Below are positions 23,340 to 35,711 of a stretch of DNA of 64,000 nt, piece after piece (the stretch's first letter is position 1; each line of letters starts with the position of its first letter). The notes below the pieces were generated by a model. The model was not told the origin of the DNA and searched no databases. It was given only the letters and a program-made list of their open reading frames with translations. A program made the position numbers and the translations under genes. Source of the stretch: Squalus acanthias (lineage: Eukaryota); assembly GCA_030390025.1 (NCBI GenBank), contig CM059432.1, positions 18,912,001-18,976,000 on the forward strand. Direction: 5' to 3'.

Positions 23340-25055
23340 TTAGGAGGTGTGGACGAGACGGTGCGGCAGTCTGATGGGCCGGCCGGAGCGGCTCTTGTAG
23401 GACGCCGGTGGACGTGGGACGGCCGGGCGTGGAGCAGCCAGGTGAACCGGCTTGAGGGCAGGTCGGCCGCGTGGAGGTGGACGAGCTACAGGGACCTGCT
23501 CCCCGGGCTCCGAGTGTGCTGGCTTGAGTCGGTCCACCGACACTTTTTCGGTCCTGTCGCCCACTTGCAGGATGAAAAATTTGTCCCCAGCCTGTAGCAC
23601 CTTGTAGGGTCCGTCGTACGGGGGTTGAAGGGGTCCGCGGTGGGCGTCGTGCCGGATGAAAACAAACCGTGCCTGGTGCAGGCTTAGTGGGACGTGTGAG
23701 GTGGATTCGCCGTGTCGGGCAATGGGCACCGGGGCGAACTGCAGCGCCGGTGAGGCGAAGTTGTGGCGTTGCTGGTCGGCTGACCAGGGTGTCGTGGCAG
23801 TGGGCAGGAACTCGCCGGGTACGCGCAGTGGCTGACCGTACACGAGCTCTGCTGCCGATGCGTGGAGGTCTTCTTTAACCGCGGTGCGCAGGCCAAGGAG
23901 GACCCACGGAAGTCGGTCAGTCCAGGCGCCATCTTGGAGGCTGGCTCGAAGAGATGCCTTCAAGGATCTGTGGAACCGCTCACACAGTCCGTTGGCTTGG
24001 GGGTGGTACGCTGTGGTGCGGTGGATGGTCACCCCGAGATTGCGTGCGACGGCGGTCCAGAGTTCAGAGGTAAATTGTGGACCTCTGTCCGACGTCATGT
24101 CGGAGGGGAGGCCGAACCGTGCAACCCAGGTGCTGACGAAGGCTCTGGCGATGTCGGCGGTGGTGGTAGAGGTCAGTGGAATTGCCTCAGGCCAGCGTGT
24201 GGTGCGGTCAACGATGGTCAGCAAGTGCGTGTGGCCTTGCGACGGCGGCAGGGGCCCGACGATGTCCACGTGGATGTGGTCGAATCTCCGCGAGGGGACG
24301 GTAAACTCCTCGAGGGGTGCTTTCGTGTGTTGCTGTACCTTGGCACGTTGGCAGGATAGGCAGGAGTTGGCCCAAGTACGCACATCCTTGCGAAGGCCGC
24401 GCCAGACAAAGCGGTTGACTACCAATTTGATGGATGCGCAGGCGCCGGGGTGGGAGAGGTTGTGGAGAATGTCGAATATGCGGCGGCGCCAGGACGCTGG
24501 GACGACGGGCCGAGGTTGACATAGGGATATGTCGCACTTGACCGTGACTGCGGTCGGGCCACAGGCGACGTCGGCCAGGCGTAGCCCTGGTAGGTTGGTG
24601 GGTGCGGAGAGCAGATCCGGGTCGGTGATCTGGTCTGCTGCAAGTTGAGCGTAGTCGACTGCTAGGTGTGCGGCGTGGATGGCGGGGCGGGAGAGGCAGT
24701 CGGCTACCACATTGTCTCGGCCGGAGACGTGTTGGATGTCCGTGGTGAACTCGGACACTGCCGCGAGCTAACGCTGCTGCCTGGCGGACCAGGGGTCGGT
24801 TGTCTTTGCCATTGCGAATGTCAGGGGCTTGTGGTCGACAAACGCAGTGAAGGGGTGGCCCTCAAGCAAAAACCGGAAATGGCGGACCGCCAGGAACAGC
24901 GCGAGGAGCTCGCGGTCGAAGGTGCTGTACTTGACCTCCGGGGGGCGTAGTTGGCGGCTGAAGAAGGCAAGTGGTTGCCAGGCGCCGTCGACCCACTGCT
25001 CATACACGGCGCCGACCGCGTGGTTGGAGGCGTCCGTGGTGAGCGCTACCCTGGC
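23340..25055 (-). pseudogene. pol 3' part: RNase H plus integrase (zinc finger, DDE core, GPY/F)
   Basis: ALTTDAS...PLAFFSRQL...YSTFDRELLA...DHKPL, one in-frame TAG at 24768-24770, then HNLSH...CLSC, HVDIVGP, SDRGPQF, NGLCERFH and PPYDGPY. Confidence 0.9.
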
Positions 25056-26261
25056 ATTTGTCCACAGACGGAAGAGTGGATTATGCCCGTTTTAGGTGGC
25101 GATCCGCCACAGCGTCATGCTTATTTTCAGCAGGTGAATTCTTCTGTTAAAATAACGGATAGAGGAATGTCATATGAACCCGACAAACGTTTATACCCTA
25201 ATATCACAAACAGTAATGGTAAAGCCATAATGCTGGCTAATATAATCATTTCTGAACACACTTGAAGCAGACAAGATTAAAAAAAAATCCCCTCCCTGGA
25301 TCACATCCCCTCCCCCTCGGCTCCAATCGCTGGCCAGCTCCGATGCAGAACCGACAGGTTTCCCACCTACCCCAACCGGAACTTCAACGGAGCACCGACT
25401 TGGCGCTGGCACCTTGCCGGCAGCATGCAAATGAGGCCCGGGCCTGAGAATGGCTTAGGCGCCTCATGGCGGTAACAACAGGCAAGGAGCAGGCAAGCCT
25501 GTTGTGTGGCTAAAACTAAAATGAAGGCCCCGGCGAGTGATGCCGTCGCAGACAATGCGAATGAAAGACTCACAGACAAATACGGCTTAGAGTGAGAACC
25601 ATTTCAGGCTTCATTTAATAAAACCGAAATGATTTGGCTAAAAGTGGCCACTTTGTTGAGGTCTGTAACACCCTGAGAGTGGAATCAATCTGGCAATCCA
25701 GCCTTTTTCAGGATTACAGTCACGTAATGGGATTAGTAACTAAAAACAGCCCATTTTCTTATTGCACGATGCACAAACACCATTCCCATCAAGCTTCTTT
25801 TAGAGCAGGGCTGTTAACACTGTTGCAGCTGATCTTATTTATTGAATCTGAGCCTGTCCAATCTGATCAAATTAGAGAGACTTCCACTGACATGTATGGA
25901 TTTTGACAGCACACAGAGTAAACAGCAACAACTAACCTCACTGTGTATGACAGACAATGGTGCAGTTATTTGCATGCACTTATCAGCCCCTTAATGATTC
26001 TGCACCGTTCAGTGGGAGCTATGTCAGTAGCATTTATGCAGAAATATATTTCCCGGCTTTTACTCAAACAAATAGGTCACAGCTATTAGTCACAAAGCAT
26101 CACCACTAGTTGTAGGCTTAGAGATAGGGTCTTAAAGGGCATTATCTTCATGCAAAATATTTTTGACAAACCATTTGTCGGTTTACCATGCACTGCAAAG
26201 TTTCACAGTTTGCAGTGAAACCTGGTATTATGTTGTGAAAACAGCATTGCTATCCACAGCG

Positions 26262-26960
26262 CCTCCCGTCCCCGCAACCCCCGCCCCCCGCCACCACAAC
26301 CCCCCGCCCCCGCACCCTCCGCCACCCCCCGCCCCTCGCTATCACCACTCCCGCCCCCGCACCCCGCACCCCGCCCCACGCACCACCCGCCACCACCACC
26401 CCCCGCCCCCGCACCCCCCGCCCCTCGCTACCACCACCCCCGCACCCCCCGCCCCTGCCACCACCACCCCCCGCCCCCGCACCCTCCGCCACCACCCCCC
26501 ACCCCTCGCTATCACCACTCCCGCCCCCGCACCCCGCACCCCGCACCCCACCCCACGCACCTCCCGCCACCACCACCCCCCGCCCCCGCACCCCGCACCC
26601 CCCGCCCATCGCTACCACCACCCCCGCCCCCCGCACCCTCCCTGCCACCACCACCCCCCGCCCCCGCACCCCGCACCCCCCGTCCCTCGCTACCACCACC
26701 CCCGCCCCCCGGACCCCCCCACCACCACCACCCCCCGCCCCTGCACCCCCCCACACCCCACACCCCACACCCCACACATCCCACCCTCCACCCCCCACCC
26801 CACACCCCCCAACCCCCCCACTCCACACCCCCCACCACACACCCCACCACACGCCCCACCCCCCCCCACTCCACACCCCCCACCACACACCCCACCACAC
26901 ACCCCACACCCCCCGCCTCCCACACGCCCCACCCCACACACCCCACCCCCCCGCCCCCCT
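26262..26960. repeat. C-rich (G-rich on -) compound minisatellite
   Basis: Recurrent CCCCGCACCC, CCACCACCCCC and CCCCACAC units with larger duplicated blocks. Confidence 0.9.
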
Positions 26961-26965
26961 CAGGT

Positions 26966-27035
26966 CGACATGCTGCCTGACCCACTGAGTATTTGCAGCA
27001 TCTTATGCTGTCATTTCACATTTACAGCATCCGCT
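26966..27035 (+). mobile_element. fragment of the Penelope-type short element
   Basis: atgctgcctgacccactgagtatttgcagcat...tttacagcatccgc matches 15125-15190. Confidence 0.6.
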
Positions 27036-28206
27036 TGCAGCAGGAAGAGGAAGACACAGAAGAGGAAGATGCAGAAGAGGAGGACTCAGAAGAGGAGGAA
27101 GCCAAAGAGGAGGAATCCGATAGAATGATGCATCCCAGACAGCCCCTTTGTGGCCGGGATATCCGGGATGGAATCATCCGCCTGCCTTCCCGTGGCTGGG
27201 CAGGCTACCTCTTCTTGTTGACCCACTGGCTGGGCTGGCTGCATTTCTTGGGTGTGTGAAATGAGGAAGACACAAGGGTGGAGTTGTGCTGACAGGAGGG
27301 CAGGAAACCTAAAGGTGCATGCCAGAAGGGAGCTATTGTACGAGGATACCAGCATCTTGTATCCTTTCAGCCCCGCTGCTGGCCAAGGGTTCAGCCATGC
27401 TCCTGCCGAGGATGGCCAGCACTATCTCCTCCAAGTGGGTGAGGTGAGGCTAGGAATGGGAGATGTGCCTCGTCATTGGTGCAGATTATTGGTAGGTGAG
27501 TGATTGGGGGTCGTGCATTGAGCAGTGTGTGAGGCTAGTGGTGCAGTTGGTAGGTGACGGCTTTTGAAGATGCATTCACTGACTTTGACCAGTGATCTGA
27601 GGTCATGAAGTTTCTTTGGGCACTGGAGCCACTGGGGGCAACACTGCTGGCAGGGAGGGCCTTGGTAATGTACTCCCACATCGTCCTTTCTGGAGGGCCT
27701 CCTGGCCCCTGTGGGTAGAGGGGCAGTCTTGCAATGTTTACCCCCCTGCACAAAACTGGAGTGCCGCATTCGAGACACTGGGTGCCCCTTCCCTGGCTTG
27801 CTGAGGCATTTGTGTTAATACTGAGGCAGTTTTCCCATTTGTTCAGTTTTGGAAGGTAATTCAGCTTTAAGAGCTGAATAATCACATTTGGAACTTGTTT
27901 TAAATATTGAATATTTGTAAAAAGTCAGAGGGCTGAAAAATGTATTGATTCAGTGCATTTTATTTTGTCTTGCTTCAATGTGCATGGCTCCTTTAAATTT
28001 CAGAGCTCCTCACTGCCCACAATGCATTGCAAGCTTCACAGCCTCGCACACAGACGCTCGGGGAAGCAGCACCGCCGCACCAGGACTACAAATTGGTCCC
28101 GGATCCCTCGTGCAACGCCACCAGGTGCTGCGGCCATTTCGGGCGGCCGTTAACAGCAGTTGGCGGTGACACCGACTGCTTTGCTGGTGATCACCAATTT
28201 TTCCCC
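27036..28206 (-). mobile_element. deleted Harbinger element (acidic transposase tail on +, Myb exon remnant on -)
   Basis: EEED...RQPLCGRDIRDGIIRL on +; WLQCPKKLHDLRSLVK|gtcagt on -; terminus GGGGAAAAATTGG. Confidence 0.65.
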
Positions 28207-28347
28207 TGGAATCTTTACTATGTTGTGCTTATTAACAGTTTCAAGCCAATTTGCATCTTTAAGTGTTGTTAGCTTATCTCAGTCAGCCCTCTAAATGTTG
28301 TAGCACTGACTTATTTTACGATCATATTTTTCCTCTGCACCTAAAAT

Positions 28348-29107
28348 GGGCCAGAAATTCGGCTTTCCGGCTTCCTGCGGGTGCAAGCATCGCGCGCGTA
28401 CTTGCCTACCGCGCCTGCAGTTGTGCTTTGGGCCCACGAGGACTTCGGGTCCTGGGCCTCCTCCAGCTGCCGGTGCGCAGTGCTTGCATATCCCAGGGGC
28501 GCAGTTAGTTCGAAGCGTCCCCTGGGATCACGTGGGCCATGGCGAGCCAATCCTAGCAGGGCATTTTCATTCATAGATTTGACAGGAAGACCTGTCAAAT
28601 CTATGAATAGAGATCGGCCCCAAAACCACACTTAAACTTCAAATAAATTGAAAAAAAAAAATCACATTTTTAAAATAAATATAAGTTAAATAAATTAACT
28701 ACCTTAAACAAAAATTTACATTTTTGAAAAAATTAATTATACTTTTTAACGGTGCTAAAAATAAACTTACCTTTCTTTAAAGTATCTAAAAAAGACAAAC
28801 CTGTTGAAAAAATGTTTAAATTGTAATTAATTAACCACTTACCTTGTTAAAAACAGGCCTTGCGCCTCCTTTTTAAAAGTGCAGCTTCTCCATACTTACC
28901 TTCCCGGAGAAACCTGAAAAAAAAACAATGTTCGCTGCGTGCGCGCAGCCTCTCCCGCATTCAACTTCTGAACCCCTCCCTTCAGGGGAACGGAAGTTCC
29001 GGTTTCCCGCGCATGCGCAGTGCATGCAGGAAACCGACACTTCAGGTGGCCTTACGGGTGAGTACACAGCGCGTACTCACCCGTGGAGACCCTGAATTTC
29101 TGGCCCC
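28348..29107. mobile_element. Harbinger-type MITE, TIR GGGCCAGAAATTC, TSD AAT
   Basis: aat|gggccagaaattc ... gaatttctggcccc|aat; GC-rich ends and an AT-rich centre. Confidence 0.85.
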
Positions 29108-29244
29108 AATTGAAGGTCTCTCTTCGCCCCTCTGATCACCCTTTTAACTTGTTCCTGCAGGATCTTGTATTTATCTCCAGGAGGCCCTTCTCTTTCTTCT
29201 GGCAGGATTTGTAAGGGTAATTTTTCTCTTTATTTCACTTCTCT

Positions 29245-30973
29245 GGCCGCGGTTTTCCCTAGCTCGGCTGGTCCATGGCGGGCGATGTCGGAGGCGGGTC
29301 CCGACCCCGCTGCTGGCTCCATCCTGGCCTCTGAACTGGCTTTCCCCTGATTGGGCTTGTTAAGCCCGCCCAGCGAGTTTCCCAGCCAATTGAAGGAAGT
29401 GGCCTATGGCATCCGTGCAATCAGCCGGTTTCCTTAAAGGGGCCATGCGCAAATTTACTTTGACATTTGTGCTGTCAGTGTTCTACAGCATTGAGGTGCT
29501 GCAAACACTGACAATCATTGCACAGAAGTGCACGGCTGTACCCAAGCTCTTCCATGTCTCCCTCCATATGCTTATGAAGGGAGTCACAGCACGCAGGGAG
29601 GTTCTCTTCCCTTCCAATGGGCGGAAGAGACCTCCCCAGGAGACCAACACAGCCTGGTTGCACATTGCACAGGAGGGCACAAGCAGGGATGTCGTCAGGA
29701 GGACCAGGCTGCAGTGGCGCAAACCTTTGAATGATCTCAGTAGATCACAAAACGTTACTGCAAAGCCACACTCAACCTCATCCTGCTGTGCCACTCATCA
29801 CATCCCCATCACTCTGCCTTTCCTACCCTACTCCTGCACATCCTTACTCACACCAACTTACCTTGCACCTCCATCCATCCCTCTCTATCTACATCATTAT
29901 CACTTCCCCATCTCACTAGCCACCCCTCACGCTCACCCTCATTCTAGTCCAATCATACCAACTAACAACACACAAGGGTAGGCACTTGTGTTTTTTAGCC
30001 AATGTTCATGTGAAGTTTCTGTTAATGTGCTGTCAAACATTGAAATCTTTATTTTCAACACTTTGCTTTCTTGGACAGATTTGTGTGCACCTTTGGAAGT
30101 GGCTTACTGAGTTGCAGTGAATGGTGAGACATAATGGTACCCCCTGCAATGCTGATGAGTGTGAACAAAATGGCTTGGGCATTGTACGGATGCTTTATGG
30201 TGTTGGTGTGGGGTGGTGCCAACCTAGTGCATCATGTGGCAGCCAGGGTGTACAGCGTCAAGTGAAGTAAATCTGGCCATGGTGAGGCCAACCCTGGCGT
30301 CCCAAGCAGCAATGTGGTCGGGTGCTGATGCCCTCTGTCCTGTGCAGCATCAAGTGATTTCGGAGAAGGTTGGTGTGGATTTTGGTGCTGCTGGTGTGCC
30401 TGGTGATGCTGGTGCTAGGGCTGATCGTGGTGGGATTCTGAGGACCAAGGTGAGAGATAATAAAGTGCACCGATGCTGATGGAATAGATGGCAGGTGAAG
30501 TAAAGATGACAGAAACGATCTGTCAATGATGGGAGAGGTAATGAGGTCAGACTGAATGGAGACTTGTGTAAAGACTTGCAGCATTCTGAATCTGGAGTGG
30601 AAATGCAGTTTAGAGAAGCTAGTGCTTAAGGGAGGATATCTGAATCAGCTGGGAACTTTGGTTGACATTTGAAGCTGTCAACTCATCAGCTGATTCAATG
30701 GCCAATGACCTCCTGCCTCACCTTCACTGACGAGGTCTAGGCACAGCGGGAAACCGGTGAAAGTTAAAAAGCTGTAAAAAAAAAGCATCGTTAAGTGGCT
30801 GTAAGCAAGCCACTAATGATTTGAATTGGGTCCCCCGCCGCTGCCTGTCGGGTCTGCTCAGCGCTGGCAGACCCGACATCGGGAAATGCAGGCGTGTGCG
30901 TTTTGACAGCGGGTTCCTGACCCGCTGTCAATCATTTTAAATTTCACCGCTGAGCGCCGGCAAAATCGTGGCC
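29245..30973 (+). mobile_element. non-autonomous Harbinger family 1, copy B (complete)
   Basis: Ends GGCCGCGGTTTT / GGCCACGATTTT; flanks TCT/TTT; contains Myb-like ORF 29406-29981. Confidence 0.85.
29406..29981 (+). CDS. TE-borne Myb/SANT-like ORF (191 aa); function and expression unknown
   Basis: AVPKLFHVSLHMLMKGVTARREVLFPSNGRKRPPQETNTAWLHIAQEGTSRDVVRRTRLQWRKPLNDL fits the NAIF1/Myb_DNA-bind_5 pattern; H/P/T/S-rich tail. Confidence 0.45.
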   Translation: MASVQSAGFLKGAMRKFTLTFVLSVFYSIEVLQTLTIIAQKCTAVPKLFHVSLHMLMKGVTARREVLFPSNGRKRPPQETNTAWLHIAQEGTSRDVVRRTRLQWRKPLNDLSRSQNVTAKPHSTSSCCATHHIPITLPFLPYSCTSLLTPTYLAPPSIPLYLHHYHFPISLATPHAHPHSSPIIPTNNTQG

Positions 30974-31599
30974 TTTGTCTTTGAATCAATTCATTTAGTC
31001 TGAGTTTGCTGATCTTAGGTAAGCTCTTACCCTATATGTTCAGTATTGTTCTTTTGTTGGGGTCGATTTTGACTTTTGGCAACTGACAGTGTATAACCGA
31101 TGGTATCCAACTGGGAGGCCTAAGGCTGGCCCGAAATTGGGCCTCGGTTCACTATTTTAACCAAGCTGCTGGCGGCTGTCGTGTCTCCAGAGGCAACTCG
31201 CCTGTTTGAATCAGCTGTATTTCAGGCCACTTACCTCACTAGCAGTTGCCCTCAGGTCAATGCTGCAGTGGACCGGGGGCAGGGGGGGGGAAGGACAACG
31301 GGAGAGGAGCCAATCGCGGATTGGGCGCGGCCCTCGGAATGCTGTGGAGCCTGCTCCAATCTTTGCTGCTATTTAACAGTTTACCTCAGTCGATTTCTTT
31401 TTGTTTATATCGCAAGACACCCTCCAAGAGTGGTGAAATATTTTACTTATTTTTTTGTCTTCTTACTGTCCCCTGTTCAAGTAATTCTGTTTAGCAGAAT
31501 TTTATAACTTAACTTTAATATCTTTCTTGAACAATCTAAAACCGTGTAGTCCTCTTAGTGGACAATTAGAGATTGGATGGCTGTGTATCCTATAAAAGT

Positions 31600-32220
31600 T
31601 CAGTTATGCATCATCCGACAAGACTGCTGTGGATTGAAGATGCAAGAACAAGAAGTATTAGATGTGCAGGAAATGAGCCCACTTGGGCATCTTACTCAAA
31701 ACGACCAGCTGTCTCCAAATGAAAACTGGGTCAAACTAACTCTCCTGAATTCATTCAGAATCTCAGGTTGGACGAGTTTGGATATAGGCTGTTTATTCAG
31801 TGCACATCATCAGCTAAAATTCCAATATGAGCCGTCAGGAGCAACTAAGCTCACCTACAGAGCCATCAAAAAAAAAACTGTGGGGAATGACTTGGAAATT
31901 TTAGGACTTGTCAGCCTCAAAAATGGGATATCTCAGATGGAATCTTGTAGAGACGTACAAGACAGAAAGTAAGACCAAAACATTCTTTTCTGGTGTGCCA
32001 GCAAATCAGAAAGGCAGAGGTTCGGGGTTGTGAAAGGCAAATTTAAACCAGGCATCAGGAAGTATTTCTTTACGCAGAGGACGATGGACAATTGGAATAG
32101 GTTGCTAAGGAGAGCAGTTGAACCCAGGACACTTCCTTTGAGAAACAGCTGGATGCTGTAATGGGAAGACCGTAGGATTGCTACTCTGGAAAGCTGAAAT
32201 CAAATGAGCTGCAGGCCATC
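31600..32220 (+). mobile_element. old CR1 3' fragment
   Basis: Degenerate RATKL...LGL.SL...LVETYK...aagtatttctttacgcagagg...tggaatagg. Confidence 0.6.
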
Positions 32221-34139
32221 TTGATCCGAATCCACCTGTGAAGAGATTTGCTGTTGGTGCGACCATGTTTGGTTTTAGTTTTGAAGATTCAACTGCGGGA
32301 ATCAATAGCTTTAGTCAACATCATGATTGGAGAAGAGAAATCAGGGCCAGGGGAAGTAATACCAGTCCTGGGTATGGGCTAAGATAATACCAAGAACAGG
32401 AGCAGCAGAAGTGGTCTGGTTAAGAAGATTAAAGAAGTTTTGTCGTTGCAAAAATCTGTAAAGAGACTTTATTATAGCCTTCATTTCCATTGCTGTAATT
32501 GCGATCAGGTTTTTATTTACTGCCTAGCCTAGGTACAGAGCATTCAGTTAAATTATTAGCCTCGAGTTTCACAACAGCTAATGAATAGTTGTGGTTTTTT
32601 TTTAGGCTAATGGTGGGATCTGACAAAATCAAATAACACATAAAAGCTCCGCTGCTAGAGCTGCAAATCAAGTCTCCAGCACTTGCCAGGTTATTGATGT
32701 GCTGGACTGCGCCTTTGTTGAAAGGGTAACATTGTAATTTAATGTGGGGCAGTCTAATGGCTTCTTTAATGACTCACCAAGGGATGGGATTTAGAAGGAT
32801 GAAAGCTTCTGCAGGCACAGTGTGGTTCTGCATTTAAGACAATTCCAGTCAAGCAATTAGGGTGAGATTCTCAAATAATGTTATTTTTTTTGCCTTGTAA
32901 TTTATGTTGCAGCTAGTATGCCAAAAACTGCCCTTTGACTCCTTGGCCCCAATATGTTAGCATCCTCTTGTAGCAAAGTGGCCTAATGACTAATAATACC
33001 CTTAAAATAGCTCTAGTTATTATTGTAATATGCATCAAAATTGACAAAATGTTCTCTATAAGGCTGTAGAAGAAGCATATTTTATTCAGTAATCTAGATA
33101 TTGGGGCCAAATTTCCTTGTTTGTCCTGCTGGATTTCTGCTGTACTTTCATGTGGGATTTCCAGCTTGGCATTGTAAGGACGGAGCCTTGGCCCACTTTC
33201 ACAAAGGTCAGCCATTTCAGAGGGGACCAGGACTGGGATTCCCTGCCCTGCGAGTTCCCAGTTCTCCTGGACCATAAGGTCAGACCCTGACTCCAAAACA
33301 TACACTGCCAGATATGAAGCTGAAATTCTGTCCTTAGTGGAAAATCTAATATTAGACCCCCTTTACAATGTTACTTTTCAGAAATATACAAAAAGCATAT
33401 CATTTTATTTAATGCAATGAATTGGTGCTTATTAAAGCGAGGAATCATTGGCGATCGGAAATGGAACACTTTCCCAGTTTTAGTACCAAAAGCTGGTATC
33501 AAACGTTCCCAGTTCTGGGACTGTTAGCTACGATTTAGCATATGATTTTCCTGGTAATATATTTTAATGCCAACTTTAGAACAACGCAGCTCGGGTTTAC
33601 TGCTTCTGCACTTGCCAGCCTGTGATTTTGCACCCACTCACTTCAATGGGCAGAAATCGAGAGCGGTGAGTGCAGAAACAGATAAGCCCCGGTCCATATT
33701 TCTATTTCTAATACTAGCAATGCAGTTAGAATATGAAGTGCTTTGGGGCTTTTTTTTTCTATGTTAAAGGTGCTATATAAATGCAAGTTGTTGTTATGTC
33801 AAATTCATTGCCAATTAGTTCAATATTTATGAACAGTTTTTAGCTGTCGGTAATTTTTTGTCATCAACTTGGCTCAGTAGTCGCATTCTTGTCTCTTGTG
33901 GGTTCAAAACCGTGCTTCAAAACATCAGCATCAAATATAGACAGTTCAGAGCAGCACTGTGGGAGTTTTACATCGCTGAAGTATCAAGGCTATAAAATAC
34001 ATTTTTCTCATTGTTAAGTATAAGCAAGGACACAAGCTTCTCCAAGAGAAAGCTATCAATTAACTATTCTTAACTACTCTTTCCTGTTCTTTGCTTGTAT
34101 GCATTTTGCCTTACCGTCATTGAATGAAGTCACCTAAAG

Positions 34140-35711
34140 CTAGCTAGCTATCATGCATGGAAGGCATTTGAACTTCCAGCAAAGCTGCAAAGGTTGTGAA
34201 GATTGACTCCGGTTGGGAGGGTCCGGCTGCAGTGTCTCTGGAGGTAGCCACACTCTCCAAGGTAGACTGCAGAGTGCTGATGCCTTGGGAGATGACCCTA
34301 CACTTTCAGCCACAGCGGTGAAACTCCTTGCCAGACCTTCCAAAGCTGATATAATAACTGCTTGTGTGAAACATGCAGCTTTCCTCTCATTGATGGACCC
34401 CTGAAGTTTGCATCTCTGTCCTTTTCAGCAGATCTGAGAAAGAACCTTGCCCTCCGGCGAGCAGTCTCCTAGCCTGTGCCTGTCACCAATAATTCCTGTC
34501 GCGCGCTAGTGCTGGGTATTTCACCACGTGCAGACCCTTCTGCCTCAGGCTCTAACTCAACTGGGGTGTCAATTGCCATGCTGATGCTTGGGAGTGATGG
34601 AACGTGATGTGTGCCTCCTTAGAAAGATTCTCTTTCTCCGAGGTGTCTTCTTCGTGGGGCTGTGGCTGTTGAGAAGGACCTAGAGGAAGAGAAAAGGGAC
34701 AAGATGGCACTGAAAGGCTGTACAGTAGCAGGTAACAGGTATTACATTGCAGTTTGATGTAGTCAAACTGCATGTTTATATGTTTCTCAGAGGTTCAAGA
34801 AAGGGTGCAATTAATAGTCAAAGATTCTTTTTACAGAAGCTTCCAATCTTGTCCTATCCTGAGAGTTCTTCCAGGGCCACTGATCTCCAGCGCTTGCTGC
34901 TCCAGCAACAACAGCATTATGTGGTTGGTTGGTCCATCCCCAGTCTTACTCCTCTCCCTGGTGTTGTGAGTTGTCCTGTCCTGCAGAGAAAGAGGGAAAA
35001 CACTAGTGAGTCTCTCGTACAAGTGAGGAAGGAGCCATGAGAAAAGTTGGTGATTGTGCAAAGAGCGAGCAAGCTTGAAGAGAATGCTGCTAGAGGCTGC
35101 TGTAGAAGGAAACAAGGAAGAGGTGAGTGTGCATTTGTAATGAGAATGAGAAGTGATCTAGTGTGCCCATATGCTGGGTGGTGAAGGACGGGATGGAAGG
35201 GAGAGAATTGTTAAGAGTGGTGGGGACTTTGCCATGTGTTATTGACAGAGCTGAAGAAATGAAGAGCTGTACTCACCCTTGCTGCTTTTGTGAGGTCATT
35301 GAAGTGCTTCCTGTACTGGATTTGGGTCCTGGGGTGATGCTCCTGGAGCTGACAACCTCTGCAGTCTTTCTCCATGCCCGGTGGACTTGGTTTTTCGGGA
35401 TCCTCCTGGCACTGGCTGGGAAGAGTACTTCCCTCCTCACTCTGACCTCTTCCAACAGGACCTCTAGGAAGGCCTCAGAGAACCTGAGACTTACGCGGAC
35501 TCAGTTTCTTGCTCCACCACTCCAACAGCAAAATCTTACAGAAGGGAGCACAATCTCACTCTAAGAGGTGCATTCCCGTTTTAAATAGGCCATTGGCTGT
35601 GTTGTTGGAAATTGAGCTCCGGAAATGGGTGGGTTTCCTGGCGGGTTCACGAATCGGGTGGGAACCCGCTGGTGAGATTATAATCATGCCCGAGAATTGA
35701 AATCCCCCCCC
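34140..35711 (-). mobile_element. decayed Harbinger element with three-exon Myb/SANT pseudogene
   Basis: Exon 1 EEVRVRREVLFPASARRIPK..HRAWRKTAEVVSSRS...|gtgagt (35276); exon 2 ctctgcag|DRTTHNTRERSKTGDG (34981); exon 3 acceptor near 34680; G-rich terminus ~35711. Confidence 0.7.

Larger units (their letters stand above)
23074..25111 (-). mobile_element. Ty3/Gypsy LTR retrotransposon, internally deleted; TSD GCGT
   Basis: GCGT at 23070-23073 and 25112-25115. Full 3' LTR 23074-23319 (TG...CA) with adjacent PPT-like GGGGGAG. A 56-bp 5' LTR stub (25056-25111) is identical to the 3' LTR. RNase H and integrase lie between. Confidence 0.95.

Noticed and set aside
23862..24537. antisense and alternative-frame ORFs over the integrase
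   Set aside because: Expected shadows of GC-rich coding sequence; no recognisable motifs.
26163..27128. 321-aa Pro/His-rich ORF and antisense Gly/Val-rich ORFs (extensin- or keratin-like)
   Set aside because: Stop-free only because of the C-rich minisatellite; open in many frames on both strands.
31577..31972. 131-aa novel ORF
   Set aside because: Overlaps a decayed CR1 3' region.
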